Of a stretch of 64,000 bases of DNA, positions 1 through 10,643 are shown in pieces. The stretch is from Candidatus Omnitrophota bacterium. Lineage in GTDB: Bacteria > Omnitrophota > Gorgyraeia > JABMRG01 > JAFGKX01. The notes below the pieces were generated by a model. The model was not told where the DNA came from. It saw nothing but the letters and a program-made list of their open reading frames with translations, and ran no database searches. Position 1 is the first letter of the stretch; each line of letters starts with the position of its first letter. The stretch lies in contig JAZDPX010000032.1 of assembly GCA_043797125.1 (NCBI GenBank), positions 10,425-74,424 of the forward strand, given 5' to 3'. Both the position numbers and the translations under genes were made by a program.

Positions 1-99
1 TGCTTGTTTATAAAGAATCATAATATAAAAAGCAAGGTTAGAATTTTTAGTAGCAGCCTTAATTATTTTATCGAATTGTGCAAGTTTAAAAAAAGCCTA

Positions 100-708
100 A
101 TGCTTGGTGAAAACAAAGGCATTATCTATTGGAACCCCACGATCTACAGATTTTTTATGCAGCTACTTTACGGAAAGAATTTTTACGCCAGGTATAAGGC
201 TATTGCAGAATATATACCCGAGCACTCATCAGTAATTGATGTCTGCTGCGGAGACGGTTATCTTTATTATGATTTTTTAAAGCCCAAGAATATAGAGTAT
301 ACGGGCTTAGACATAAATGTGGCCTTTATTTTGGATGCACAGAGTAAAAAAGTTAATGTAAGGCTTTTCGACGTCAAGAGCGACCCCTTACCAAAAGCCG
401 AATATATCGTTATGCAGGCAAGCCTATGCCAATTTATACCGGACCAAAATATAATATTAGAAAAACTTCTTAACTCAGCCACAAAAGCAGTTATCATATC
501 AGAACCAATTCAGAATCTGTCTAATTCAAGAAACCCAATAATATCTTTTATGGTTAGAAAGTTAGCTAAGCTGACAACAGGGTCTACTGTAGAAAGATTT
601 AACGAGAAAAGCCTGGAAGAACTTTTTAATAAGCATAACAGCCTATTAAAGGCTAGGTTTAAGATTCCTGGCGGCCGTGAAATGATCGGTGTTTTTGAAC
701 GCAAATAA
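100..708 (+). CDS. Class I SAM-dependent methyltransferase
   Basis: Motif I-like VIDVCCGDG and YTGLDIN. ATG at 100 preferred over the TTG at 4. Confidence 0.7.
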   Translation: MLGENKGIIYWNPTIYRFFMQLLYGKNFYARYKAIAEYIPEHSSVIDVCCGDGYLYYDFLKPKNIEYTGLDINVAFILDAQSKKVNVRLFDVKSDPLPKAEYIVMQASLCQFIPDQNIILEKLLNSATKAVIISEPIQNLSNSRNPIISFMVRKLAKLTTGSTVERFNEKSLEELFNKHNSLLKARFKIPGGREMIGVFERK

Positions 709-723
709 AACAAAACAGTTTTT

Positions 724-2364
724 ATGTTTGTTAAATCAATTTTAATTTTAGCAGTATTTTTATATTTATTTTTTAGTTTGTTGGTCCAAGATATTGGCAG
801 TTTCGATGAATCATATTTGATTGTAGCGGCCAAGACTATAAATCAAGGCATAGCTTACTATCGGGATGTAATTTGTATTGTTCCGCCATTAAGCCTATAT
901 CTGTGCGCCTTTTTTATAAAGCCATTCAATAGCCCGATTTTTGCATCGCGCATTCTTGAGCTGTTTATCTTACTTGCCTCCCTGATTCTATTATACAAAA
1001 CAATCAAGCATCTTAAGGTGTCTGAAAGTTTTACCTATTTTATTTTGCTGTTATTCGCCTATAGATTGCAATCGCTTAGACATTGGTACAGTTATAATAC
1101 TCTTTGTGTGATGTTTTCATTAATATCGCTTTTATGTTTTCTAAAATTTTTAAATAAAAGATCGTATAAACATATTTTTTTAGCAGGCCTGTTTCTGGGG
1201 TTAATGGCATTGACAAAACAAACCATAGCCCTTGCTTGTACTGCAGCTATAGCATTATGCCTTGTTTTTGACAGAGCCGGCAAAAAGGAGATCAGCCTTC
1301 AAAGGGTTTTATCTGTTTTAGCTTTTGGAATATCTGCGCCAATTTTGGTTGTGGTTTTTTATTATTTTAAAAATGGATTATTGCAGCAATTTGCGTCAGG
1401 GTATTTTCTTGCGATATCTACTAAATATTTTGAAAACGGAATAAGTTATTTCAGCAAGCATGCGGGTTTTAGTGACGGCGGCTGGTTGCGGTTTTATATG
1501 CTTCCGTTAATTGTAATTTTAATTTATGTATTTTTTTCGCTATACCTGTATTTTTCCAAAAAAAAGACATACCCCGTATTAGGCTATGTAGTTATATTCA
1601 GCGCGGCCAATTTCTTTGCCTTTATTTATCCGATTGCGGATATTTTTCATTTTGCCCACGCGTTTTATTTTGTAATCCTAATTATTGCCTGCGCCTACAA
1701 TATTTTTACGGCAGAGCAGCCCAGCCTTAATATAGGAAAATTTAAGTTTACGGCAGAGGATCTGGCCCTTATTTTTGTAATTTTACTATCTGCGGCAACA
1801 TATGTCATTCCTGATTATTTATCATTTGTAGTTTTATTTGTTTTTTTTGCAGAAAAAATGGCAGGAGACAATATTTTTGTCCCGTTAAGCCGTTATATTA
1901 AATTAAAATACGCTTTTTTAGTTTTATGTTTATTTTTATTTTCATCGATGTTATCCAGCACTATTGGTAACGCATGCCTGATGCATAAAAGAGTATATTA
2001 TCAAAACATATTTATATCTAAACAGCAATTTAGGCTTATCAGCGAGATTAAAAAAGAATTAGGAGATTCAAAGCAATACGTATTGCAAGCCCCCAGTTTT
2101 CCGCTCCTGTATCTTATAGGGAATTATATAAACCCTACCAGGTTTTATATAATACATCCAAACGCTGTTATGCCGCAACATCAACAGGAAATCATAGATG
2201 ATTTAAAAACAAAAAATGTCAGAACCGTAGTTTTAGACATTCCTCTTTATGCAACAGATGCCACTGGCTTTAATAGCCTTTTTCCGGATATTGCGGACTT
2301 TATTAAAAGAGAATATAGCGAATGCAAGGTGATAGATAATAAAATACATATATATAAGAAATGA
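724..2364 (+). CDS. Polytopic membrane glycosyltransferase (GT-C, ArnT/PMT-like)
   Basis: Many TM helices, N-terminal 'FDESY' loop, PPL motif, 'GLxxLTKQ' motif; AT-rich. Confidence 0.65.
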   Translation: MFVKSILILAVFLYLFFSLLVQDIGSFDESYLIVAAKTINQGIAYYRDVICIVPPLSLYLCAFFIKPFNSPIFASRILELFILLASLILLYKTIKHLKVSESFTYFILLLFAYRLQSLRHWYSYNTLCVMFSLISLLCFLKFLNKRSYKHIFLAGLFLGLMALTKQTIALACTAAIALCLVFDRAGKKEISLQRVLSVLAFGISAPILVVVFYYFKNGLLQQFASGYFLAISTKYFENGISYFSKHAGFSDGGWLRFYMLPLIVILIYVFFSLYLYFSKKKTYPVLGYVVIFSAANFFAFIYPIADIFHFAHAFYFVILIIACAYNIFTAEQPSLNIGKFKFTAEDLALIFVILLSAATYVIPDYLSFVVLFVFFAEKMAGDNIFVPLSRYIKLKYAFLVLCLFLFSSMLSSTIGNACLMHKRVYYQNIFISKQQFRLISEIKKELGDSKQYVLQAPSFPLLYLIGNYINPTRFYIIHPNAVMPQHQQEIIDDLKTKNVRTVVLDIPLYATDATGFNSLFPDIADFIKREYSECKVIDNKIHIYKK

Positions 2365-2532
2365 AGCATTTGAAACGCTCCTTGCAGGTTTAATTTCAAC
2401 AATATGATTTATTTATTCTAATTTTATCTTGATTTGCCTTTCATGGCGGAGTATTATATTAACACTAGATGTTTTAACCAGGATTTTTATGCCTGTTCAG
2501 GAGCATTAGAACCGAAGGAGGATAGAATAATA

Positions 2533-3441
2533 ATGAAAACAAAATTATTATTGCCGGTGTTGGCAGTTATTGTATGTTTTTTAATTGTAAATTGCGCGCC
2601 TATTCTGGCCGCGGAGCTTACTTCCAAGCAGCTAAAAGACATAGAGAACGCCATAAAAAAAATAAAGGATAAGGCAAGAGGCGTCCAAAAAGAAGGTTAT
2701 GATGAACTTTTATCAATAGGGCCTGACGCGACAAGCCAGCTTATAGATTTATTAAAGGATAAAACAGTTGAAAGAGAGGCCTTGAGACAGGCATGTAATT
2801 TATTAGGAGAATACAAAACTAAGGACAAGGAAGCGGTTACGGTTTTAATATACACTTTAAAGAATCCATCCTATACTGTCCGCGCAGCTGCCTGCGAAGC
2901 GCTTGGAAAAATAGCGGATCAGTCGGCCGCGGAAGAGTTGCTTGGAATGCTTGTTGACGAGGAAAGCTTAGTCAGGGAAAAGGCAGCGTACGCTCTAATA
3001 AGTTTTGATAATAAAACCATTCCAGGAAAAGTTTGCGAACTTTTAAAAGACAAAGATGAATCTGTTAGAGTCGCAGCCATTACGCTGCTTAACGAAAAAC
3101 TGGATCCGGCAACTATTAATTCTATAATAAACACCCTGCAAAAAGACAAGGCCCCCAAAGCCCGTCAGATAGCAGCCCGGGCGCTAGGCGGCTTAAAGAA
3201 AAAGGAAACCGTCGATGTTCTTATGGAATCTGTTGTTGAAGACAGCGATAACCTTGTAAGAGAAGAGTGCGCATCTGCATTAGGGCAAATAAACGATGCA
3301 AAAGCTGTGCCAGCCCTGATAGAAGCCATAAAAGATGGCTATAAGGACGTGCAGTTAAAAGCATTATATTCGCTCAAGAAAATAACAGGTCAGGACTTTG
3401 GGAGAGATTATGAGAAATGGTCGCATTGGTATAAAAAATAG
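2533..3441 (+). CDS. Exported HEAT/PBS-lyase repeat protein
   Basis: RBS AAGGAGGA, signal peptide MKTKLLLPVLAV..., repeated 'VRxxAAxALG' units. Confidence 0.75.
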   Translation: MKTKLLLPVLAVIVCFLIVNCAPILAAELTSKQLKDIENAIKKIKDKARGVQKEGYDELLSIGPDATSQLIDLLKDKTVEREALRQACNLLGEYKTKDKEAVTVLIYTLKNPSYTVRAAACEALGKIADQSAAEELLGMLVDEESLVREKAAYALISFDNKTIPGKVCELLKDKDESVRVAAITLLNEKLDPATINSIINTLQKDKAPKARQIAARALGGLKKKETVDVLMESVVEDSDNLVREECASALGQINDAKAVPALIEAIKDGYKDVQLKALYSLKKITGQDFGRDYEKWSHWYKK

Positions 3442-3841
3442 AAGGCGAACGGGCTTTACGCTGGTTGAAATTATGATAGTGGTGTCAATTATCGCGCTTT
3501 TAGCATCTCTTTCCATACCGATTATATTGCGGGCTAGGCACAATGCTGATGAGGGCGCTGCGCAAACGTCGCTTAAAACCATATGCGGCGCTTGCGTGAG
3601 TTATTTTGGAGCCAATGAAGCATATCCTGATTCGCTTGAGCAACTTGCCGGTGAAGTGCCGCCGTATATTGACCCTGTTTTGGCCAGCGGCTCGTCCAGC
3701 GGGTATGATTTTGCATATGAGCCTGGAGATGACGGCGTCTCATTTACATGTACTGCAACTCCTCAAGTGCCGGGTAGGACAGGAACGCGCATATTTGTCA
3801 TAGATCAGAGCGGGCTTATAACAGAAAGCGAAGAAGAATAG
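3410..3841 (+). CDS. Type IV pilin / prepilin-type N-methylation domain protein
   Basis: Basic leader followed by G|FTLVEIMIVV class III signal; overlaps the end of the HEAT gene. Confidence 0.85.
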   Translation: MRNGRIGIKNRRRTGFTLVEIMIVVSIIALLASLSIPIILRARHNADEGAAQTSLKTICGACVSYFGANEAYPDSLEQLAGEVPPYIDPVLASGSSSGYDFAYEPGDDGVSFTCTATPQVPGRTGTRIFVIDQSGLITESEEE

Positions 3842-3862
3842 AGCAAAAAAGCGAGGTAAACA

Positions 3863-4054
3863 ATGCCGCTGTATAAACTGATAAGGCCTTTAGGCATCAG
3901 TACATATATTGTTTTGTTATTAACTGTAATTTCCGGAATGCTCATATTGAAATTCCATGTAAGATGGGTCAAGATGAAATGGCATATCTGGTTGGGTTTT
4001 TTAACCCTGCTGTTAGGCACACTGCACGCAGTTATAATCCTTTTTTATAGATGA
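3863..4054 (+). CDS. Small two-TM membrane protein
   Basis: RBS GAGGT, two hydrophobic helices with a WHxxxG motif, ATGA-coupled to the next gene. Confidence 0.55.
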   Translation: MPLYKLIRPLGISTYIVLLLTVISGMLILKFHVRWVKMKWHIWLGFLTLLLGTLHAVIILFYR

Positions 4055-4788
4055 AAAATTCAATGTTGTTATACGGAAGAAATTCAGTCTTTGAGCGGTT
4101 AAAGGCAAATCCATCAAGCATAAAAGGTATATATCTGCAGGATAATTTCAATATGCAGGCTATTGAGCAATTAATAAAGGCAAATAGCATTAAGGCAGAA
4201 CGTTTAAGCGCCAATAAATTATCTAATCTTAAGCCAGCCAAAGACCTGCAGGGGATTGTAGCAAGGATAGACCCATTTAAGTGTATTCCTTTTAACGATT
4301 TATTAAATCAGGCGCAAGATAAGCAGTTGACGCTTATATTTCTGGATAGGATAAATGACCCTCATAATCTCGGCGTGATTATCAGGACAGTGGCCTGCTT
4401 TGGGATGATGGCCTTAATAATTCCTGAGTTTAACGCGTGCGGCGTCAATGAAACAGTTTTACATGTGGCTTCAGGCGGCGAAAATTACGTTTCTATATCC
4501 GCAATTTCCAATATCCCCACAGCCATAATCAAGGCAAAAAAACAGGGATACTGGATAACAGGCGCTGTTGTGGACGATGACGCTGAGGATTTGAATAAAA
4601 TTTCTTTTACTTTTCCCTTAGGGCTTGTGTTTGGGTCTGAAGGCGAGGGAATCCGTTACGGTGTGCAGAAACATCTGGACCTGAAAGCGCGCATTCCCAT
4701 GGAAGGTGCTAAACTCTCGTTCAATGTCAACATGGCTTGCGGCATTTTTTGTTATGAGATTTGCAAACAAAGAGGACTGTCCATATGA
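4051..4788 (+). CDS. rlmB: 23S rRNA 2'-O-methyltransferase (TrmH/SpoU family, RlmB-like)
   Basis: LYGRNSV, LDRINDPHNLGVIIRT, GSEGEG and SFNVNMA motifs. Confidence 0.8.
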   Translation: MKNSMLLYGRNSVFERLKANPSSIKGIYLQDNFNMQAIEQLIKANSIKAERLSANKLSNLKPAKDLQGIVARIDPFKCIPFNDLLNQAQDKQLTLIFLDRINDPHNLGVIIRTVACFGMMALIIPEFNACGVNETVLHVASGGENYVSISAISNIPTAIIKAKKQGYWITGAVVDDDAEDLNKISFTFPLGLVFGSEGEGIRYGVQKHLDLKARIPMEGAKLSFNVNMACGIFCYEICKQRGLSI

Positions 4789-5390
4789 CCAAAAAGGCAA
4801 GTAAAGAGAAAGCATCTATCAGAAATATGCTAAATTTTATTTCAGAAGCAGGCATGCTTAAGCGCGTCAGCCGTTCGGGTTGGTCAGTTTTGGGGATAAA
4901 GAACGCAGAAAGCGTTGCAGATCACAGTTTCAGATGCGCTGTGATAGCTTATGTATTGGCCCGCATGGAAAACGTAGAGCCGTACAAGGCATTATTAATG
5001 GCGCTATTTAATGACATACAGGAAGCCCGCATTACCGATTTGCATAAAATGGCCCAGCGCTATATAAAAGATGTGGAGGCAGTTGAAGATAGCGCATTTT
5101 ATAAACAGATAGGTTTTCTGCCAGAGAATTTGAAGAAGGAGCTCTCGGCAATGCGTAATGAATATACACGGCAAAATACAGCAGAAAGCGTTATTGCAAG
5201 AGATGCGGATATTCTGGAATGCCTTATTCAGGCTAAAGAGTATTATCAGCACGGCTTTTTAGAAGCAGCTAAATTTATGAAAGGCGCGCCGCAATTTCTT
5301 AAAACTAAAAGCGCCAAAAACCTCTGGCGGCTTGCAAGAAAAAACGACACCAGCCGCTGGTGGTTAAGTTTGAGCGAATTTAAAAGATAG
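4785..5390 (+). CDS. HD-domain 5'-deoxynucleotidase-like hydrolase
   Basis: LKRVSRSGW, ESVADHS and DADILE motifs; the HD dyad reads ND (LFNDIQE). Confidence 0.75.
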   Translation: MTKKASKEKASIRNMLNFISEAGMLKRVSRSGWSVLGIKNAESVADHSFRCAVIAYVLARMENVEPYKALLMALFNDIQEARITDLHKMAQRYIKDVEAVEDSAFYKQIGFLPENLKKELSAMRNEYTRQNTAESVIARDADILECLIQAKEYYQHGFLEAAKFMKGAPQFLKTKSAKNLWRLARKNDTSRWWLSLSEFKR

Positions 5391-5478
5391 AGTTATCCAC
5401 AACCGTAGCGCAGGCTTAAGCCTGCGCTACCGAAAATTGCAGGAGCTGGTGGTTAAGTTTAAGCGAATTTAAAAGATA
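5356..5478 (+). repeat. 34-bp direct repeat of the HD gene 3' end flanking a 26-bp palindrome
   Basis: gctggtggttaagtttRagcgaatttaaaagata at 5356-5389 and 5445-5478 (1 mismatch); palindrome gtagcgcaggcttaagcctgcgctac at 5405-5430. Confidence 0.9.
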
Positions 5479-5489
5479 AGGAGCCCGAT

Positions 5490-6989
5490 ATGCGCTTAGT
5501 AGTTTTTTTATTGCTAATTAGCAGTATCTGTTTTTGTCCACAACTTAGTTACGCGCAGCAAAAAGATAAATTAGAGCAGGCGATATCGCTTTATCAGCAC
5601 GAGAATTATGAAGAAGCGCTCCAGCTGCTTAAGCAATTGCGCCAGGAAAACCCGGATTCTTCAAATGTCGCCTATTACACGGGCCTTACGTATAAACGCC
5701 TGCAGGATTATCCTTCTGCAAGGCCTCATCTCGAGGCAGCCGTCACGCTTAAACCGCCAGTAAAGAACGCATATATAGAACTAATAGATCTGCTTTATCA
5801 ATCCGACCAAACCGAAGATGCAAAGAAATGGATAGAGCTAGCCAGAGAGAATGAAACTTCGCCGTCACAACTTGCATTTTTCAGCGGCCTTTTATCCTTG
5901 AAAGTAAAGGATTTTGAAAGCGCTATAAAATCATTCGACGAGGCGCAAGAGCTTGATCAGGCGCTTGCAGATACCATTAAATATTATAAGGCCCTTGTAT
6001 ACGCGCAGTCAAAGCAGCTTAATAAGGCAAGGGATATTTTCAGGGAAATTATCACCAAAGACCCAACCACAGATCTTGCGGCATTTGCGGACGAGTACAT
6101 GGATGTTCTCTCTATTCAGGAAAAGGCAACCAGGCCGTTTAAGGGCTACCTGGGGTATGCGCTTCAATATGATGATAATGTTATCCTGAAGCCCAATGAT
6201 AAATCGCTGTCAACAGACACAGCGGGCGAGGATGATTGGCGTTCAGTCTTCGCAGGGTACGCGGAATATAATTTAAAGCCGTCAGATTTTTTTGGTGTGA
6301 AAACAACATATTCTATTTCTGATTCGAAGCAGTTTGATTTAGGATTCTACGACATGGTAAGCCAGGAGGTGGGGCTGCAGCCAGCATTTTATTTAAAAAA
6401 TGCGGCGGTGAGTTTTCCTGTTCGTTGCGTATTTTCAAGGTTAAACGATAAAAGGTATGTCCAGACCCTTGATGTAAGCAACTTAAATAATATAAAGATT
6501 AATAAAAACCAGATGCTTCAGGTTATGTTTCAATATAACAGGGATGATTTCAGATGGATAGTTACGGTTGACAATGACAACAAGGACTCAAATGAATATA
6601 TCGGTTCGTTAGGCTGGTTTTTGTTTTTTACAAAAAACAACGAGGGCTTTATTAACCTGCGTTATGCCGTAAATTTCGATGACGCGAAAGGCAACAACTG
6701 GAAATATTTCGGCAACAAGCTGACCTTTACCAGCACCGTTCCTATCGGGAAAAAATTAAAATGGAGCTTAGTCGGCGATTATTACAGGCAGGATTATAGA
6801 AAAATAAACACTTCTTATGATAAAGAGCGCTATGATAATATCCTGACTGTGTCAAACCTCGTGTCTTATGAAATATTTAAAGATATAGATTTGCAAATCC
6901 AGCATACATTTATGGATGATTTGGCAAGCATAGGAGTTTATAAATATAACCGCAACATATATAGCTTAGGTCTAAAATACAGATTTTAG
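5490..6989 (+). CDS. TPR plus outer-membrane beta-barrel protein (SLAM/DUF560-like)
   Basis: Signal peptide, N-terminal TPRs, barrel beginning 'QYDDNV', amphipathic strands, terminal YRF. Confidence 0.7.
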   Translation: MRLVVFLLLISSICFCPQLSYAQQKDKLEQAISLYQHENYEEALQLLKQLRQENPDSSNVAYYTGLTYKRLQDYPSARPHLEAAVTLKPPVKNAYIELIDLLYQSDQTEDAKKWIELARENETSPSQLAFFSGLLSLKVKDFESAIKSFDEAQELDQALADTIKYYKALVYAQSKQLNKARDIFREIITKDPTTDLAAFADEYMDVLSIQEKATRPFKGYLGYALQYDDNVILKPNDKSLSTDTAGEDDWRSVFAGYAEYNLKPSDFFGVKTTYSISDSKQFDLGFYDMVSQEVGLQPAFYLKNAAVSFPVRCVFSRLNDKRYVQTLDVSNLNNIKINKNQMLQVMFQYNRDDFRWIVTVDNDNKDSNEYIGSLGWFLFFTKNNEGFINLRYAVNFDDAKGNNWKYFGNKLTFTSTVPIGKKLKWSLVGDYYRQDYRKINTSYDKERYDNILTVSNLVSYEIFKDIDLQIQHTFMDDLASIGVYKYNRNIYSLGLKYRF

Positions 6990-7008
6990 ACAAAAAAAGG
7001 GGTGCTTT

Positions 7009-8793
7009 ATGAAAAAGGCAGTAGTGTTTAGCGCCGGGATTATTCTCTTGATAATGGCAAACGCGTTATTTGCGCAAGAAGCAGCCCAAGTGGGTGTTGT
7101 AAGTTATCAGGAGGGCACATGCGATATCACGCATATCGAGCAAAGCCCGTTCTCTGCCCGGGAACAAGAACCCGTATATGCAGGTGACCGCTTACGGACA
7201 AAAAGTTATTCCAAGCTCGAAATAACTTTTAACGATAAAAGCGTTGTAAAGGCAGCGCCGGGCACTTGCCTGACCATAGCTGAATATTCCATCAATAATG
7301 ATAAAACAAGGCAAGGCGCGCGCATACAGCTTACAAGAGGCAAGATAGAAACAATTGTTTCCAAAACAAAAACTTCGGATACTTTTGTTATAGATACTCC
7401 CAACGCGAAAGGAAGCGTTAAAGGCTCTGATGTTTTTGTGTCTTATCAGGCAGGAAAAACAAACGTCCTTGTGAACAGCGGCACTATCCTTGTTTCGAAT
7501 TTTAGCCTGCCTAAGGATGTAATTGAAGTAACCGGGGGCGATTCCACCACAGTTAGCTTTAACGAAGCTCCGACGCAGGTTCGTCCTTTTTTTAATACCG
7601 AACAGAAATTATTCAGAAGGGATGTGGAACGCTCGCTTATTAAAAAATTCACCACCGCGGAGGGCGCGGTAAATATAAACGGCAAATTAGTTGAAGTTAT
7701 CGGCGACGTGAGTATTTTGAAAAAGGGAACAACGGAATGGAAAAAAGCTGTCAAAGGGGATATTGTTTCCGAAGGAGATAATCTTAAAACTGACAAGGAC
7801 GCAACAGCGGTAGTTTGCTTAGATAACGGTAATATGATTTACTGCCAGTCGGGCACGGAGCTCGGGGTTGAAACCTTGAACTATGACCAAAATAATTTTG
7901 AATCATCGAACGGCAGCCTTAAGTTTGTCGTAGGAGGAGGAGTGGCGCAGCAATCAACGGGTCAAGTAGCAACGGTTCAGGTAAGGACTCCGACCGCAGT
8001 TTGCGGCGTGCGAGGCACTGTAATGTATGTTAATACTCAAGAGGGTTCAACGCGGTCGTTTTTTGAAGGCGGCGACGGATTTATGACAAGCACTATTTCA
8101 GGTGAAACAGCAGATATTGTTGCCGGCCAAAATGCTACAATTGACGTTTCAGGAGTAATTTCCGCGCCTGTATATACATCGAATGAACAAAGGGAGGGCC
8201 TGGATCAGACATGGGTTATGCCGGTTGTTGACAACTATGCCACAAAAACAGAATCAAGCCCGATTAATACAGGGCCAATAATACAGCCTATGCAATTTTC
8301 AGATGCTACGCAAAAAGATCCTATGAAGATGCTGATAAAACCCTTTAATGTTTTTACATACGGCGATGTTATTAACCAAAACCCGCCGCCGCCGCCACCA
8401 CCGCCGCCAATTTACAGTATTAACCTTGTTAAAAATCCTGCAGGCTCCAACCCTGCCTTTACTACTGCAAATATGTTCTTGGATCTTTTTTCAGATCATA
8501 CGTTTAAGGCAGACGTTAATGGAACGTGGACTCCGGGTATGCCTGCAAACTGGACTTTGGTTTTTGAAAATCTTCCCGCTCAAAGCAGCAATAACGATGA
8601 TGTGAGCGTATTTAACGGAAATCAATGGTCGGATAATAGTGATGGGCCATGGAACGCAGATGTATCTGGTGTTGTGTTAGGCACTTACCCCGATAAGTCT
8701 CTTTCCGGAACAGCGAGCGGCACATACACAGGAAGCGGCGGGCCGCCGGATACATTTCAGGGGATTGCAGAAGGCACATGGAATGATATATAA
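7009..8793 (+). CDS. Exported protein with two FecR-like domains, a poly-Pro linker and a beta-rich C-terminus
   Basis: Two 'GDxLxT ... TPxAxxxVxG(S/T)' units, a poly-Pro run, Gly/Thr/Trp-rich tail. Confidence 0.7.
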   Translation: MKKAVVFSAGIILLIMANALFAQEAAQVGVVSYQEGTCDITHIEQSPFSAREQEPVYAGDRLRTKSYSKLEITFNDKSVVKAAPGTCLTIAEYSINNDKTRQGARIQLTRGKIETIVSKTKTSDTFVIDTPNAKGSVKGSDVFVSYQAGKTNVLVNSGTILVSNFSLPKDVIEVTGGDSTTVSFNEAPTQVRPFFNTEQKLFRRDVERSLIKKFTTAEGAVNINGKLVEVIGDVSILKKGTTEWKKAVKGDIVSEGDNLKTDKDATAVVCLDNGNMIYCQSGTELGVETLNYDQNNFESSNGSLKFVVGGGVAQQSTGQVATVQVRTPTAVCGVRGTVMYVNTQEGSTRSFFEGGDGFMTSTISGETADIVAGQNATIDVSGVISAPVYTSNEQREGLDQTWVMPVVDNYATKTESSPINTGPIIQPMQFSDATQKDPMKMLIKPFNVFTYGDVINQNPPPPPPPPPIYSINLVKNPAGSNPAFTTANMFLDLFSDHTFKADVNGTWTPGMPANWTLVFENLPAQSSNNDDVSVFNGNQWSDNSDGPWNADVSGVVLGTYPDKSLSGTASGTYTGSGGPPDTFQGIAEGTWNDI

Positions 8794-8797
8794 TAAT

Positions 8798-9208
8798 GTG
8801 AAAAGGTATGACATTTGCGCCATATTTTTGGCAATCGTCTGTATTATAATTTCAGGCTGCGCTGCCGCGACATTGCCGTATATAAGATATGAAAACAGCG
8901 AAAGGCTTAAAAAACTTTCACTCGGCATGACGAAGCAACAAGTGCTGGATATTATGGGCACAAAACCGATTAAGGCGCATAATAGTTTTGGCGAAGAGAT
9001 GGGGATTATTGATAATCCCTACAAAACTCAAGGCTTTGAAGTTGAAGGCAAAAATTACGAGGTTATATATTACTATACTCAAATTGTGCATTCCGACGGA
9101 ATAATTAATGAAGACGAATTAACGCCGCTTGTTTTTTGTGAAGATAAATTAACCGGCGCTGGCTGGGATTTTTACAGGGATATAACAAAACAACAGGGAG
9201 GAAACTAA
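8798..9208 (+). CDS. Lipoprotein, DUF3192-like
   Basis: Lipobox ISGC; 'LSLGMTKQQV' and 'ELTPLVF..KL.G.GW' motifs; GTG start inferred. Confidence 0.65.
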   Translation: MKRYDICAIFLAIVCIIISGCAAATLPYIRYENSERLKKLSLGMTKQQVLDIMGTKPIKAHNSFGEEMGIIDNPYKTQGFEVEGKNYEVIYYYTQIVHSDGIINEDELTPLVFCEDKLTGAGWDFYRDITKQQGGN

Positions 9209-9210
9209 TC

Positions 9211-9579
9211 ATGGCAGGACGTAAGGTGTTGGTTGTGGATGATGATAAGTACGTGTGCGATGTTGTTAAATTGATGTTGGAAAAGAAAGGCTGCGAAGCT
9301 GTTATTATCTCTGACGGAGAGGCGACTGTCGAAAACGCGGAAGCTGAAAAACCGGATCTTATATTATTGGACATAACTTTGCACGATATAAGCGGTTTTA
9401 AGGTTCTGGAGCGCCTGAAAAACAATCCGACTACCGAGAAAATTCCGGTGGTTATGATGACCGGCAGGGAAGATTACGCCTCTATGGCAAGGGCCAGGGG
9501 CTTGATGGCGGATGATTATCTTACAAAGCCGTTTTTATCGGATGAGTTGTTTGAGAAAATAAGCAAGTATTTCAAATAA
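9211..9579 (+). CDS. Single-domain response regulator (receiver)
   Basis: VLVVDDD, PDLILLD, MMTG and YLTKPF motifs. Confidence 0.9.
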   Translation: MAGRKVLVVDDDKYVCDVVKLMLEKKGCEAVIISDGEATVENAEAEKPDLILLDITLHDISGFKVLERLKNNPTTEKIPVVMMTGREDYASMARARGLMADDYLTKPFLSDELFEKISKYFK

Positions 9580-9598
9580 TAGCAGAATTTATATGCAA

Positions 9599-9629
9599 TA
9601 AAAGGCCGCGGATATATAGCGGCCTTTTT
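9599..9629 (+). terminator. Rho-independent terminator
   Basis: aaaggccgc-loop-gcggccttttt. Confidence 0.7.
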
Positions 9630-9643
9630 AAAAGGAGGCTTAT

Positions 9644-10639
9644 ATGGCAAGCGAAGGGATTACAGCGATAAACGAGAAGATAAAGAAAGAAAGCGTGTTT
9701 GTGCAGAGTTTGGTGACAGAGATAGAAAAAGTCATAGTTGGGCAGAAGTATCTGATAGAAAGGCTCTTAGTTGGGCTTCTGGCAAACGGGCACATACTGG
9801 TCGAAGGCGTGCCCGGGCTTGCCAAGACAATGTCAATAAAGACATTGTCGCAGGCTATAAAGACAAAATTTCAGAGGCTGCAGTTTACGCCTGACATGCT
9901 GCCTGCCGATATAGTGGGCACGCTTATCTATAATCCGAAAGACGGCGCGTTCACGACAAAAAAGGGCCCGGTGTTTGCCAATATTATTCTTGCGGATGAA
10001 ATAAACAGGGCCCCGGCGAAAGTCCAGAGCGCGCTTTTAGAGGCAATGCAGGAGCGCCAGGTCACAATAGGCGAAAACACTTTTAAACTTGACGACCCTT
10101 TCCTGGTTATGGCAACGCAAAATCCAATAGAGCAGGAAGGCACCTATCCTTTGCCTGAAGCGCAGGTGGACAGGTTCATGCTTAAGGTAAACATAACTTA
10201 TCCAAGCAAGGAAGAAGAGCATAAGATATTAAAGAGGATGGGCTATACCGACAAAAAGATCGAGGTAAACGCTGTTGTAACTCCGCAGGATATTATAAGG
10301 GCAAGGTCTGTTGTGGATGAAGTATACATGGATGAAAAGATAGAAAAATATATTCTGGATATTGTTTTTGCCACAAGAGAGCCTAAAAAATACAAGCTGG
10401 ATGAATTAAGCAGCCTCATTCAGTATGGCGCCTCACCACGCGCGACCATATATCTGACATTGGCTTCCAAGGCGTACGCGTTTATTCAAGGCAGGGGCTA
10501 TGTAACGCCGCAGGATATAAAATCAATAGGCCCTGATGTCCTGCGCCACAGAGTGATAATAAGCTATGAGGCGGAGGCTGAAGAGAAAACCTCCGATGAT
10601 ATTATTAAGAAAATATTCGATGAAGTTGAAGTACCTTAA
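9644..10639 (+). CDS. moxR: MoxR-family AAA+ ATPase
   Basis: [40 protein letters not shown] and [10 protein letters not shown] motifs. Confidence 0.95.
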   Translation: MASEGITAINEKIKKESVFVQSLVTEIEKVIVGQKYLIERLLVGLLANGHILVEGVPGLAKTMSIKTLSQAIKTKFQRLQFTPDMLPADIVGTLIYNPKDGAFTTKKGPVFANIILADEINRAPAKVQSALLEAMQERQVTIGENTFKLDDPFLVMATQNPIEQEGTYPLPEAQVDRFMLKVNITYPSKEEEHKILKRMGYTDKKIEVNAVVTPQDIIRARSVVDEVYMDEKIEKYILDIVFATREPKKYKLDELSSLIQYGASPRATIYLTLASKAYAFIQGRGYVTPQDIKSIGPDVLRHRVIISYEAEAEEKTSDDIIKKIFDEVEVP

Positions 10640-10643
10640 AGTT

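Noticed and set aside
5393-5401. DnaA box TTATCCACA suggesting oriC
   Set aside because: A single box, with no cluster or dnaA context.
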